Assembly: GCA_016202305.1 (NCBI GenBank)
Contig: JACQPB010000039.1
Span: forward strand, 6,661-70,660
Origin: Candidatus Iainarchaeum sp.
GTDB taxonomy: Archaea > Iainarchaeota > Iainarchaeia > Iainarchaeales > Iainarchaeaceae
Length of the DNA stretch: 64,000 nt
Reading direction: 5' to 3'
The position numbers and the translations under genes are program-made. Positions 27,197-36,458 of the stretch are shown piece after piece. The notes beneath the pieces are model-generated. The model had not been told where the DNA came from and made no database searches. It saw nothing but the letters and a program-made list of their open reading frames with translations. Position 1 is the first letter of the stretch. Each line of letters begins with the position of its first letter.

Positions 27197-28255
27197 TCAG
27201 CCGTATTTTTCCTCCGAAGTGGCCCGCTGTGGCCAGGCATTCACCTTCAGCACCTCGCGAGAATAGAACTGCACCGGATGCGACACCGGGCAGTTGGCCA
27301 CGCAGAGGGCGTAGGAGCGCATCTTGTCGCAGCTCGGTGAGGAGTATCCTTCCCCGGCGGAAGTTTTTTTTCCGCAAATGCTCCCCACCTGGTATCGCGT
27401 GGTGCTCTCGCTGAAGTTGGGCGTGTTTTTGTAAGCGGCGATTATTTGCTCGGCCCCCATGCCCACCGAATTAAGGAAAGTTGCCATGGCGAACCTCGCC
27501 GTGTGGCTGACGTTCACTCCCGCGGCCAACTCACCGTATATTTTCGCCATGCAGGGAGGGAACGCTTCGGGCCTTATTTCGCCGAAATCCTCCCTGGAAA
27601 AACTTTTTCTCACGGCCTGCGAGAATTCGCCCTCAAGCGATGCAGCCTCGGCAACGAAGGACTTCGGCACGCCCTTGACATCCAAGGGAAACGACTGCCT
27701 GAGCTCATTTTCCGCTACCGCGGAAATAAACCTGATGAATTCGTCGGAAGTCAGGATTACCCGGCCCTTCCTGACTCTTTGGTTTACGAGTTTCCCGGAA
27801 ACCGAGCCTGCATCAGCACGGAGGAAATCCGCCAAGGCCACCTCCGCAAAAAAATCCGGGGTTTCGGAAGGGACGGATTTTATTTTCATTTCATCGGCGA
27901 TGCCGAACAGGAATTTGTGCGATTTCTCCGAATCGTCACGGAGATGCGAAACCGCCGATTTCCCGACCATGCCACAAAACCGCCTGTAGAGCTCGAGCCT
28001 GTTAATCAGCGACACGAGTATTTTGGCCACTGGAAAAGCCAGGACCTCTTCGCTCAGCACTTCCGAATGCTCGCCGCCGGGAGGCCTGTACGGCTTTTCA
28101 GAAAATGCCGCGGCGACCATTGCACGCGCCCTCCGCATCACAGGCTCTGGCACTTCGAGCAGGGAAAAACCAGATTCCGCGACCACGGCCCTCGCCACGG
28201 GTAGGAAAGGGTATTTCTGCGCCTGCCTCAGCTCCTGAATCGTGAAAGAACCCAT
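27197..28255 (-). CDS. priL: DNA primase large subunit PriL
   Basis: …FPPCMAKIYGELAAGVNVSHTARFAMATFLNSVGM…TTRYQVGSICGKK…YSSPSCDKMRSYALC… (Fe-S domain pattern). Confidence 0.85.
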   Translation of the reverse strand: MGSFTIQELRQAQKYPFLPVARAVVAESGFSLLEVPEPVMRRARAMVAAAFSEKPYRPPGGEHSEVLSEEVLAFPVAKILVSLINRLELYRRFCGMVGKSAVSHLRDDSEKSHKFLFGIADEMKIKSVPSETPDFFAEVALADFLRADAGSVSGKLVNQRVRKGRVILTSDEFIRFISAVAENELRQSFPLDVKGVPKSFVAEAASLEGEFSQAVRKSFSREDFGEIRPEAFPPCMAKIYGELAAGVNVSHTARFAMATFLNSVGMGAEQIIAAYKNTPNFSESTTRYQVGSICGKKTSAGEGYSSPSCDKMRSYALCVANCPVSHPVQFYSREVLKVNAWPQRATSEEKYG

Positions 28256-28546
28256 ATGCCAGCACCCGTACTATACATATTAATCTGGACAGAACTTGCT
28301 AAAAAGAAAGCCGTGGGCAAAGCGCATGAAGCGCCCTCCTATTAAGAGCCGGTTCCACTAAGGGCACGTCCCAGTAGGTTGACGATTGTGCAAAGACTGG
28401 TGGCTGGGGCGATTGTATGACCTGCTACGAGTCTACTGGGATATAGGCTCTAAGGCGCGGCCGACACTTTAATGGGCCCTTGGCCAGCAGCCCAATCTTA
28501 CTGAATGGGCTTATAACTGCCACCCAATCACGGGCCACGAAGCCGG

Positions 28547-29269
28547 TCACAGCAGCATATGCGCAAGGTAGAACCGTATTTCGCTCTTCCCTATGCTGTA
28601 CGAAACCTTCATGGGCGAATCGGTCTTCAGCTCCAGCAGGACGCCCGAATCCGGGTCAGCCTCCTTCACGATGTTCTGGAGATAAGTCAGCGAGTACTTC
28701 GCGGTGACGTCCTCCCTGGACTTCACCTTCAGGCCGCGGGCACTCGCGGAATTCACGTTCAGCGTTCCGGCAGAGCCCTTCGACTCTATGAAGAACTTGT
28801 CGCCTTTGACCCTGAGCATGACGCTCGAACTGAAAAGCGATGCGTCCTTCAGCGCCTCCTTGAGGAGCCTCGCGTTGATTTCAACCGAGGAATCATACTT
28901 GGCCTCCGGAATCCTGAGTTCGCCCTCGGAAATGTCTATGAGCGGCACCTTGAACGAGCGCTCCATCTCGCCCTTGAGGATTACCCTGAACTCCGACTCG
29001 GAGAGGTCGAGGACCACCCTGTCTTCCGGAAGGGCGCGCGACACAATCTTGCTGAGCTCCGCAAGATTGATTCCCACAAAAGCAGGCTCGACATCGAAAG
29101 AATCGAACACCGACTTCTCTATGAGATAATCCACGAGGAGAACCTGGCTCCGGTCAATCGCGCGGAAATGCACGCCCTTGTCATTGAACCTGAAATTGCC
29201 CTCAGGTATGAACGATGAGATGGCATCTATGCTTGACCTGAGGAACTGCACATCCTTGAGCTCTATCAT
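28547..29269 (-). CDS. pcn: PCNA sliding clamp, paralog 1 (atypical C-terminus …FYLAHMLL)
   Basis: Full-length PCNA-like pattern (…IDAISSFIPEGNFRFNDKGVHFRAIDRSQVLLVDY…KYSLTYLQNIVKEA…MKVSYSIG…). ATG at 29269 (MIELKD…). Confidence 0.85.
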   Translation of the reverse strand: MIELKDVQFLRSSIDAISSFIPEGNFRFNDKGVHFRAIDRSQVLLVDYLIEKSVFDSFDVEPAFVGINLAELSKIVSRALPEDRVVLDLSESEFRVILKGEMERSFKVPLIDISEGELRIPEAKYDSSVEINARLLKEALKDASLFSSSVMLRVKGDKFFIESKGSAGTLNVNSASARGLKVKSREDVTAKYSLTYLQNIVKEADPDSGVLLELKTDSPMKVSYSIGKSEIRFYLAHMLL

Positions 29270-29334
29270 CCTTACCCAAAGAATCTTCCACAATACGCTT
29301 TAAATCACTTTTCGCGCCAAATGCAATGATTCAC

Positions 29335-29781
29335 ATGAGATTCTACGTAGGCTCCGACCACGCCGGGTTCAGGACGAAAGAAGCCCTGAAAAAAGCCCTC
29401 GGAAAGAAAGGCATCAAAACCATAGATGTGGGCACTTTCAGCGATGAATCCGCCGATTACCCTGATTTCGCCCTGAAAGTGGCCAAGAAAGTGGCGCGTG
29501 ACAAGGGCTCGCTGGGCCTCCTCGTGTGCGGCACTGGAATAGGCATGAGCATGGCCGCGAACAAGGTTAAAGGCATAAGGGCCGCGAACCCCTTTGACGC
29601 ATACACGGCGCGCGTGGCGCGGGAGCACAACGATGCTAACGTACTGTGCCTCGGCGGCCGGACATACGGCGCAGCGGCCGCGAAGAGGATACTCGCCGCA
29701 TTCCTGAAGGCGAGGCCGAGCGCGGACAAGAGGCACAGGAGGCGCGTGGTGAAAATTATGGAGATTGAGGGGAAATGTTAA
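29335..29781 (+). CDS. rpiB: ribose-5-phosphate isomerase B (RpiB/LacAB family)
   Basis: MRFYVGSDHAGFRTKEALKKAL…DYPDFALKVAKKV…GLLVCGTGIGMSMAANKVKGIRAA…AREHNDANVLCLGGR. Confidence 0.85.
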   Translation: MRFYVGSDHAGFRTKEALKKALGKKGIKTIDVGTFSDESADYPDFALKVAKKVARDKGSLGLLVCGTGIGMSMAANKVKGIRAANPFDAYTARVAREHNDANVLCLGGRTYGAAAAKRILAAFLKARPSADKRHRRRVVKIMEIEGKC

Positions 29782-31034
29782 AAGAAAAATTTTCTGGAAT
29801 TAAGACAAACGCAATAATTGCAGCTTCAGTTCTCCTAATTTTTTTGGCCGGGTGCTCTTCACCACCCGCTGTGAGCGTACCCACCTTTAGCGGTGAAGAA
29901 CTGGTTTTCACATGCGGAACATTAGATAAGAAAGGAGGGCACTATAAACTAGGAAATGATTTAGAACTCGGAGGAATAGCCAGAGTTAAAATCAACAATA
30001 CGTGCCTAATCATTGCCATGGACGACATCACTGTTGATTGCGATTACAAAAAAATCTCCGCAGATAATCCTATGGAGGGCCGGGGGATACTTGCAAGCAG
30101 CGTCAGCAATGTGACGATAAAAAACTGCAGCATAGAAGGTTACGGAACTACCACAACCGGCACCATAGATCCACGTGGGAGTGGGGCGGCATTTTATGGA
30201 AATGGAATAAGATTTGAATCTGTAACAAACGGTAAAATAATGGGCAGTAAAACAAAAAGCAATTCCTCTGGAATTCGTATTGTGGGCGGTAATGACAACG
30301 AATTGCTCAACAACGAAGTGAACGATGGGATAGCCATAACTACCGGTGTAAACAATACAATATCGAATAATAAAATTGGGTCTGGGGGAATTTCTGTTTC
30401 TGAGGGGCGTGATAATCGCATTACAAAAAACGAAATGACAAACGGAGGTGGCATAAGGTTAACAGCAACATCCTCGAATTTTGTAAGTGAAAACACTATT
30501 TCGAAAACGGAGGGAGCGATGAGTTTATACGCAAGCAATAAAAATCAAATTACAAAAAATTCTATTGTCGACACGGTTGAAGTAGGCCTCAAAATTGAAT
30601 CGTCAGAAGACAATAGCTTTTCCGAAAATGAGATTCAATTCAATGGGCAGGAAGGAATGGTTGTCAGCGGCACAAGCAAGAATAACAAGTTCCGGAAAAA
30701 CAAGATATGCGGAAATTTTTCCAGCCGGACAAACCCATTGAGATTCTGCAAGAACACGCCAAGCATAAACCAAGATGTCTGCAAAGACGAAGAATACTAT
30801 TTGGCCGGACAAATAGACTACTGTGAACGTAATCCGCAGTATTTCACATGTAACTTCCAGATAGCCGATTTTTCATGTTCGGAAGCACAGATAGACATGG
30901 GCGGAAACCAGTGGAATATTGGAGACGAAAACCTCTGCGGACTTACACGCTCCTCAAAATGCCAGGATATTGAACAAGAGCCAAAGGACTTGTTTGAAGA
31001 ATATAGGAAAAAGCGTGAGATAGCGACCCGATAA
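29775..31034 (+). CDS. secreted/lipobox-type protein with right-handed beta-helix (PbH1/NosD-like) repeats
   Basis: Signal …LLIFLAGCSSPP. Repeated N-x-[IV]-x-x-N units (NVTIKNCSIEG, NELLNNEVNDG, NTISNNKIG, NRITKNEMTNG, NFVSENTIS, NQITKNSIV…). Cys-rich C-terminus. A+T-richer DNA. Confidence 0.6.
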   Translation: MLKEKFSGIKTNAIIAASVLLIFLAGCSSPPAVSVPTFSGEELVFTCGTLDKKGGHYKLGNDLELGGIARVKINNTCLIIAMDDITVDCDYKKISADNPMEGRGILASSVSNVTIKNCSIEGYGTTTTGTIDPRGSGAAFYGNGIRFESVTNGKIMGSKTKSNSSGIRIVGGNDNELLNNEVNDGIAITTGVNNTISNNKIGSGGISVSEGRDNRITKNEMTNGGGIRLTATSSNFVSENTISKTEGAMSLYASNKNQITKNSIVDTVEVGLKIESSEDNSFSENEIQFNGQEGMVVSGTSKNNKFRKNKICGNFSSRTNPLRFCKNTPSINQDVCKDEEYYLAGQIDYCERNPQYFTCNFQIADFSCSEAQIDMGGNQWNIGDENLCGLTRSSKCQDIEQEPKDLFEEYRKKREIATR

Positions 31035-31077
31035 GCTTAAGTAAGGAAAGTATTACTTGTATTACTTAGTGGTTTTC

Positions 31078-31341
31078 ATGTATATCGGCACTTCAAGGGT
31101 GACTTCAAAGGGCCAGCTCACCATACCAAACGAGATAAGGAAGAAGCGGGGGTTGAGCGACGGCATGAAGGTAATTGTCATAGACACAGAAGCAGGGGTT
31201 CTGGTGAAGAAGGCCTCCGACCTCAAGGAAATATTCGCCCCTTTCGAGGAAATCGCAAAAAAGGAAAAACTCAATAGGGGCAAACTTGCCGGAGAAATAC
31301 AGGCCGAAAAACTCAGGACGCTCGGGCTTTTCCGCAAGTAG
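31078..31341 (+). CDS. AbrB/SpoVT-domain antitoxin (VapB-like)
   Basis: MYIGTSRVTSKGQLTIPNEIRKKRGLSDGMKVIVID…. It overlaps the downstream PIN gene start. Confidence 0.7.
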   Translation: MYIGTSRVTSKGQLTIPNEIRKKRGLSDGMKVIVIDTEAGVLVKKASDLKEIFAPFEEIAKKEKLNRGKLAGEIQAEKLRTLGLFRK

Positions 31342-31769
31342 TGGTTCGAATGCCCATAATACTCGTCGACACTAACGTGCTGCTCTCCGGCCTTTTTTTC
31401 AGGGGAAACGAAAGGAGACTGCTCGAGCAATTCCTTCTTGGAAAAATCACTCTTGTGCTGCCTGAGCATGTGCTGATGGAGGCCACTAACATAATCAAGA
31501 GGAAGTCCAATAAACTCGGAAACACAGAAAATGCGACAGCTATGCTGTCGCTCATAACCGAAAAATGCGTCGTGGTCAGGACAGCCGAGTACGCCCACAA
31601 CCTTGAAAAAGCCGAACAACTAATAAGGGATAAAAAAGACGCACCCATACTCGCCGCCTTAATGTCAACAGGACACGATTATTTCGTGAGCGGGGACAAG
31701 GACTTCGAGGCGCTCAATCTACGCACGCACATAAGCGTACGCAAATTATTGGAATTGATTGGAAAGTAA
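31341..31769 (+). CDS. PIN-domain toxin (VapC-like)
   Basis: …IILVDTNVLLSGLFF…, …DKKDAPILAALMSTGHDYFVSGDKDF… (PIN acidic residues). GTG at 31341 or ATG at 31350. Confidence 0.75.
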   Translation: MVRMPIILVDTNVLLSGLFFRGNERRLLEQFLLGKITLVLPEHVLMEATNIIKRKSNKLGNTENATAMLSLITEKCVVVRTAEYAHNLEKAEQLIRDKKDAPILAALMSTGHDYFVSGDKDFEALNLRTHISVRKLLELIGK

Positions 31770-31814
31770 AAATACCCAAGCTCGACAAAACGCCCTGCCC
31801 AAAACGCTAAAAAT

Positions 31815-32561
31815 TCACTCGCTCTCTATCCTCGGCGCCAGGAAATACACGAACTTAGCCTCGCCGACGGAATAAGAAATTTCCACTGGCGCGTTGGTCT
31901 TGAGCTTCACCGTGACTTCGGTGTCGGAAGACGAAGCCTTCAAGATGCTCACTAGATAGTCCAGCGGGAACATGGCCCTTGTTTCGGCTCCCGCGGTGAG
32001 AGACACGAGCGACTTGTCCTTGTTGGAGTACACATTCTCGAGGTTGCCCTTGCTAGAGCTGGCCTTCAGCACGAATGAATCGTTCTCCACTGAAAGCACC
32101 ACATGGGTCGAAATGAGGTTCGCGTCCTTGAAGCTATCCTGCAGGGCGTCCGCCTTCACTTTCACCTCGGCGTCAAAATCGATGCGCGGCAGCGGCAGCT
32201 CCGCGGTGCTGAGGTCGAGCAGGGGTATCAGGAAAGCCCTCCTCGCGGCGCCGGAAAAAACGACGTTCAGCTTCGAGCCTTCCCCTGAAACCGAAAGCGA
32301 AAGGGAATCCCCGGACTTGGCCCTGCCCATTATCTGGGTGAAATAGTTCAGGTCGGCACCGAGCTTCGCGGGCTCCTTCACGTCGAATTTCCTGAAAGCC
32401 TTCCTCGGAATAGAGAAGTCTACAAGCGAAATCTGCGACGGGTCCGTCGCCTTCAGGCTCAGACCCTTGTCATCCACGATGAATTCGGCCTCGTCCACGA
32501 GCGCGGACAGGCCGTCAACGAACTTCTTGAAAAGCGAAGCATCCTCGTAAACGATTTCCAT
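31815..32561 (-). CDS. pcn: PCNA sliding clamp, paralog 2 (canonical …YFLAPRIE C-terminus)
   Basis: MEIVYEDASLFKKFVDGLSALVDEAEFIVDDKGLSLKATDPSQISLVDF…MFPLDYLVSILKA…VEISYSVGEAKFVYFLAPRIESE. Confidence 0.85.
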   Translation of the reverse strand: MEIVYEDASLFKKFVDGLSALVDEAEFIVDDKGLSLKATDPSQISLVDFSIPRKAFRKFDVKEPAKLGADLNYFTQIMGRAKSGDSLSLSVSGEGSKLNVVFSGAARRAFLIPLLDLSTAELPLPRIDFDAEVKVKADALQDSFKDANLISTHVVLSVENDSFVLKASSSKGNLENVYSNKDKSLVSLTAGAETRAMFPLDYLVSILKASSSDTEVTVKLKTNAPVEISYSVGEAKFVYFLAPRIESE

Positions 32562-32643
32562 AAAAAAACCTTCCTGAACCCGCGGCGTGGCGGAAAATGG
32601 GCATTTCCCGGACTAAATAATAGAACAACGGAACCATTTATAA

Positions 32644-33354
32644 CTATTGACCCGCGCTTCCGGACAGCAGCCTCGGCAGGTCATCAAAAATGACGAGTTT
32701 TACATAACCCACGATTGGAATGTGGAAAACATGCTTTCCCCGCAGGCTTTCCACCGGCACCAGCTCCGGGTTTATGCAGTTCTTCGCCGTGTATTCCTTC
32801 GGGCACGCCTCGTCAACATGCGGATTGTTGTCCCCGAAAGTCACGAGGAAATCCCCGTCCGGCGCCTTCAGCCTGAGCACGGCACGGTGTATTATGTCCT
32901 CGCCCTGGAGCGCGGAATAGTAGACTACGATAGGCCCTGACTTGTCAAGGGCGATTTCCTTCCCACCTATTTCCAGCGACGACTGCCTCACCCCGAACTT
33001 TGCGCTCGGCTCGAAGCCCGGCTGGGCAAAGTCTAGGAGCGCCCTGCCCCTCAAAGGGAAATCGACGGAAGCCTCGGCAACGGCAATGTCTGCAGCGCGG
33101 GTGAGTATCACGACATCGCCCCTGTAAAGCACCGGCTCCATCGAGCCGGAATAGACAATCACAAGCGGCGTACTCGTCCCGAGAATCCCGGCCAGCACAA
33201 AATTGTAGAGCACGAAAGCGAAAACGAAGGCCGAAACAACATTCACGAGCAGCTCAATGCGCCCGTCATGCCCCGGGTTGACGGCAGGCATCACGTAAAG
33301 GTCAACATAAGTGAATGGGTCAAGCCACTTGAGCGGTTCAAGCAATCCCGGCAT
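32644..33354 (-). CDS. signal peptidase I (S26, archaeal/Sec11-type)
   Basis: TM helix then …VIVYSGSMEPVLYRGDVVIL… and …LVTFGDNNPHVDE…. Confidence 0.75.
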   Translation of the reverse strand: MPGLLEPLKWLDPFTYVDLYVMPAVNPGHDGRIELLVNVVSAFVFAFVLYNFVLAGILGTSTPLVIVYSGSMEPVLYRGDVVILTRAADIAVAEASVDFPLRGRALLDFAQPGFEPSAKFGVRQSSLEIGGKEIALDKSGPIVVYYSALQGEDIIHRAVLRLKAPDGDFLVTFGDNNPHVDEACPKEYTAKNCINPELVPVESLRGKHVFHIPIVGYVKLVIFDDLPRLLSGSAGQ

Positions 33355-33393
33355 AAAAGTGAAAGAGCATTATATAATTAAAAATTGGGAAGG

Positions 33394-33669
33394 TCACTTA
33401 ATCGCTTTCTTCACTTTCTTGCCAAAGTCCTCAAGCTCGCCCTCTATTTCCTTCGCCGCCTCATCGAGAACTTTCTTGGGAGACCTGCCGTTAGTGCGGA
33501 GAATGAACCTCGCCTTCTTGTCGGTCGGATGGTCGAGCATGTATGAAACGAACTGCACGTCCTTGCTCGCGATAAGCTTGCTCTTCAGAAGGCCCGGAAA
33601 AGTATGCCTCTCGCCATCGAGCACGAACTCGACGAGATCCTTGCCATCTTTCAAAACCGTCAGCTTCAT
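33394..33669 (-). CDS. rpoL: DNA-directed RNA polymerase subunit L (Rpo11)
   Basis: MKLTVLKDGKDLVEFVLDGERHTFPGLLKSKLIASKDVQFVSYMLDHP…ARFILRTNG. Adjacent to csl4, as in many archaea. Confidence 0.85.
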   Translation of the reverse strand: MKLTVLKDGKDLVEFVLDGERHTFPGLLKSKLIASKDVQFVSYMLDHPTDKKARFILRTNGRSPKKVLDEAAKEIEGELEDFGKKVKKAIK

Positions 33670-33673
33670 GGCC

Positions 33674-34237
33674 TCACCTAAGGGAATACTCCGTCGAAAC
33701 CTTCCTCGTTTCCGCGTCCCCTGTAGTAGGGTCGCGCAATGCGCCGTCTATGAGGTGAAGCGGCTTCCTCGACCTTATCCCGAAAGCCTTTATCACGCCG
33801 AACTCCGCGTCCTTTGTTTCAAGCTCGATGCCGTAAGGCGCCACCTGAATGATGCGGGCCCTTATTATGTCGCCAATCCTGAACATTTCATCAGTGCTGC
33901 GCACATACCCGTTAGCAATGTTGAACACGGCGAGCGAACCGTTCCTGTCATGAACGACTCTCTTCACGCCGTCCTTCTCCGCGCTTTTCAGCTCCACGAG
34001 CACCGCATTCTGCTTGACAAGCGTCACTATTCCAGTCACGGTGCAACCTCGCTCAAGGATACGCACCTCACGCGTCGACTTTCGTATGCCAGCCTCATGA
34101 TTGGCCTCATCGACCTCTGGAACGCCGATAACCTCGGAATAAACTGCACCATCATTCTCGAAAGCGTGCTTTCCGGCCATGAACTCCTCTTCATAGCCGA
34201 TGAAACTGCCCGGATAGACGATTGAACCCTTCTTCAA
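33674..34237 (-). CDS. csl4: exosome RNA-binding subunit Csl4 (S1 domain; Cys-less C-terminal ribbon)
   Basis: …IVYPGSFIGYEEEFMAGKHAFENDGAVYS…GCTVTGIVTLVKQNAVLVEL…FNIANGYVRSTDEMFRIGDIIRARIIQV…. Confidence 0.75.
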   Translation of the reverse strand: MKKGSIVYPGSFIGYEEEFMAGKHAFENDGAVYSEVIGVPEVDEANHEAGIRKSTREVRILERGCTVTGIVTLVKQNAVLVELKSAEKDGVKRVVHDRNGSLAVFNIANGYVRSTDEMFRIGDIIRARIIQVAPYGIELETKDAEFGVIKAFGIRSRKPLHLIDGALRDPTTGDAETRKVSTEYSLR

Positions 34238-34316
34238 AAAAAATCCCCCAAAAACAGGTTATAGAAAAGAATCTCCCCCAGAAATGTATTTAAACCACTA
34301 TGGCTGTCTTGCTTCT

Positions 34317-35291
34317 ATGGTACTGGAATCCATACTTGACCTTCAAAAGGCCGAAAAACACCCATATTACCTGTTTTTTGCATCATTCGCCATTTCCAGC
34401 ATAGCGATGTTCCTCGCCTACAAGACCTTCCCGAACAGCAGCTCCGTCCTCGCCATAGAGCTGGTGACCGTGGCCTTCATGCCAATAGTGCACAACCTCT
34501 TCATAAAAGAGGAAGAGGAAGAAGCCATGCCGCTTGAGGACACGCCTTTCGCCTTCATAACCAAGCACTTCAACGTCATACACATATTTGGGTGGATATT
34601 CCTGGGCATGGTGTTCACCTACACATTCTGGGCCACTGTACTGCCAGAAACCCACGACAACTGCACGGGCATAACCTGCGAACTGCCCCCGAAAAGCCTC
34701 ATCTTCGAGGAGCAGCGGAAGGTATACACCGGCATAACAGGGAATGCCACTATCGGCAGCGAGCAATGCTTCAGCGACGAATCAAGAAGCTTCGGCGACT
34801 GCTTCATGTTCATCTTCACCAACAATGCATGGGTCATGTTCCTCGCCATACTGTTCTCTTTCATATGGGGCGCCGGCGCAATCTCGCTCCTCAACTGGAA
34901 CGCCTCCGTGATAGGCCTCTTCATCGGCACGGAAATAATAGGCAAAAGCCTCACCGCCGGCCTCTCCCGCGCACTCAGCTACCTGCCTCACGGCCTCCCG
35001 GAAATAATAGCGTACTTTGTCGCCGCAATCGCCGGCGGAATACTGTCCGCGGCAATCTCGAAACAATCCTTCGCGAAGGACGAGATAAGGCTTGTGCTCA
35101 TAGACACGTTCTTGCTCGTCGTGCTGGCCTCGGTCACGCTGTTCATAGCCGGCTTCATCGAAGCCGCGGGAATATTCGGATACTGGGAAGCGGCTGGCGC
35201 GGGAGTGATAGCCTTTTTCGCGCTCTACGCGATGCTCTACCTGCCTTCAGTAGGGAAGCGCATAGACACCGTCAGGAGAATCAATCTCTGA
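34317..35291 (+). CDS. SpoIIM-like (DUF95) integral membrane protein
   Basis: Six or more TM helices and …LSYLPHGLPEIIAYFVAAIAGGIL…, characteristic of the family. Confidence 0.5.
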   Translation: MVLESILDLQKAEKHPYYLFFASFAISSIAMFLAYKTFPNSSSVLAIELVTVAFMPIVHNLFIKEEEEEAMPLEDTPFAFITKHFNVIHIFGWIFLGMVFTYTFWATVLPETHDNCTGITCELPPKSLIFEEQRKVYTGITGNATIGSEQCFSDESRSFGDCFMFIFTNNAWVMFLAILFSFIWGAGAISLLNWNASVIGLFIGTEIIGKSLTAGLSRALSYLPHGLPEIIAYFVAAIAGGILSAAISKQSFAKDEIRLVLIDTFLLVVLASVTLFIAGFIEAAGIFGYWEAAGAGVIAFFALYAMLYLPSVGKRIDTVRRINL

Positions 35292-35310
35292 GCCGAAATG
35301 CCGACCTGTA

Positions 35311-36327
35311 TTATTTCCCGCCCTTCTTCTCCACCCCGGAAAGCGACTTCACTATCGGCGCGTACTTCCGGAAAAGCGATTCAAGGTCCTCATGCGAAAG
35401 CGCATTGCCCTTCGTCAGGGAGCGCGCAAGGTTCGTGAGCTCCATAGGGAAAATTATCTTGGTGCTGCTGCCCTCCCCGAGCTTCTCCAGCGCCTTCACG
35501 TAATAGTAGGCGAGCGTCTTGTCGTCAAGCTGCGCCGCCGCAGACCTCACCGCCTCTATTTCCGCCTGCTGTCCCTGGGCGCTCTCTATGCGCGCCAGCT
35601 TCTTCTGGATTGCGGCCTTTTGCTCATGCATCGCATCAAGAACGGTTTTTGGAATGTTAATGTCCTCTATCACCGCGCCCTCCACGGAAACGCCCCACTT
35701 GGTGGAAATCAGGGCCAGTTCCTTCTTGAGCGCATCATTCAGCTGCGCGACATTCGAAACAAGCTCGTTGAGCGTCATCCCGCCCGCCTTGTCCCTTATC
35801 ATGCCCTTCACAAACAGCACCGAAGCCTTCACCCAGTCGTCAATCTCCACGATACTGTTCGCGACGGAAGCGTTGTCCTTGTTCACTTTCAGGTAAATGA
35901 CGGCATCAATCTTCAATTCTATGCTATCCTTGGTGACAACATCCTGCGGGGGTATGTCTATGGTCTTCGTCCTCAAATCCACTTTCTCATGCCTCTCGAA
36001 AGGCGGGAAAACCAGCGCCCACCCCGGGCCGCCAACCCTGTTGAACTTGCCGAACCTGAAAACGACGGCCCGCTCATAATCGTTGAGCTTCAGCAGGTAT
36101 TCCATCCGCGAAGCGATTGCAAGCAGCACGATGAACAGCAGCGCAATGGTGACTTGAGGCGACAACAGCCTCGAACCGGAAAAAATGAGGTAAGCCAGCC
36201 CCGCAAGGGCAACCACCAAAACAAGGAAAATGCCCTGCTTCCTGTAGTCATCGGTCTCATGGCCATGCCCGGAATGCCCGCCCTCGTGCCCTTCCGCCCC
36301 TGAATGAGAATCCCCATGAGACGCCAT
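35311..36327 (-). CDS. SPFH/band-7 (stomatin/prohibitin-like) membrane protein with a His/Gly-rich N-terminus
   Basis: …YERAVVFRFGKFNRVGGPGWALVFPPFERHEKVDLRTKTIDIPPQDVVTKDSIELKIDAVIYLKV…. N-terminus MASHGDSHSGAEGHEGGHSGHGHE. Confidence 0.8.
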   Translation of the reverse strand: MASHGDSHSGAEGHEGGHSGHGHETDDYRKQGIFLVLVVALAGLAYLIFSGSRLLSPQVTIALLFIVLLAIASRMEYLLKLNDYERAVVFRFGKFNRVGGPGWALVFPPFERHEKVDLRTKTIDIPPQDVVTKDSIELKIDAVIYLKVNKDNASVANSIVEIDDWVKASVLFVKGMIRDKAGGMTLNELVSNVAQLNDALKKELALISTKWGVSVEGAVIEDINIPKTVLDAMHEQKAAIQKKLARIESAQGQQAEIEAVRSAAAQLDDKTLAYYYVKALEKLGEGSSTKIIFPMELTNLARSLTKGNALSHEDLESLFRKYAPIVKSLSGVEKKGGK

Positions 36328-36458
36328 CAAATCGCCAGACAACCAAAAAACGCTGTTCCTGCTATACACCACAGCCAGCAACCGCTCCACTACAATTATT
36401 ATATATAAATAAAGGCATATAAATAGGCTATCAAAGCCTAAAGCACGGACATGGTCAC

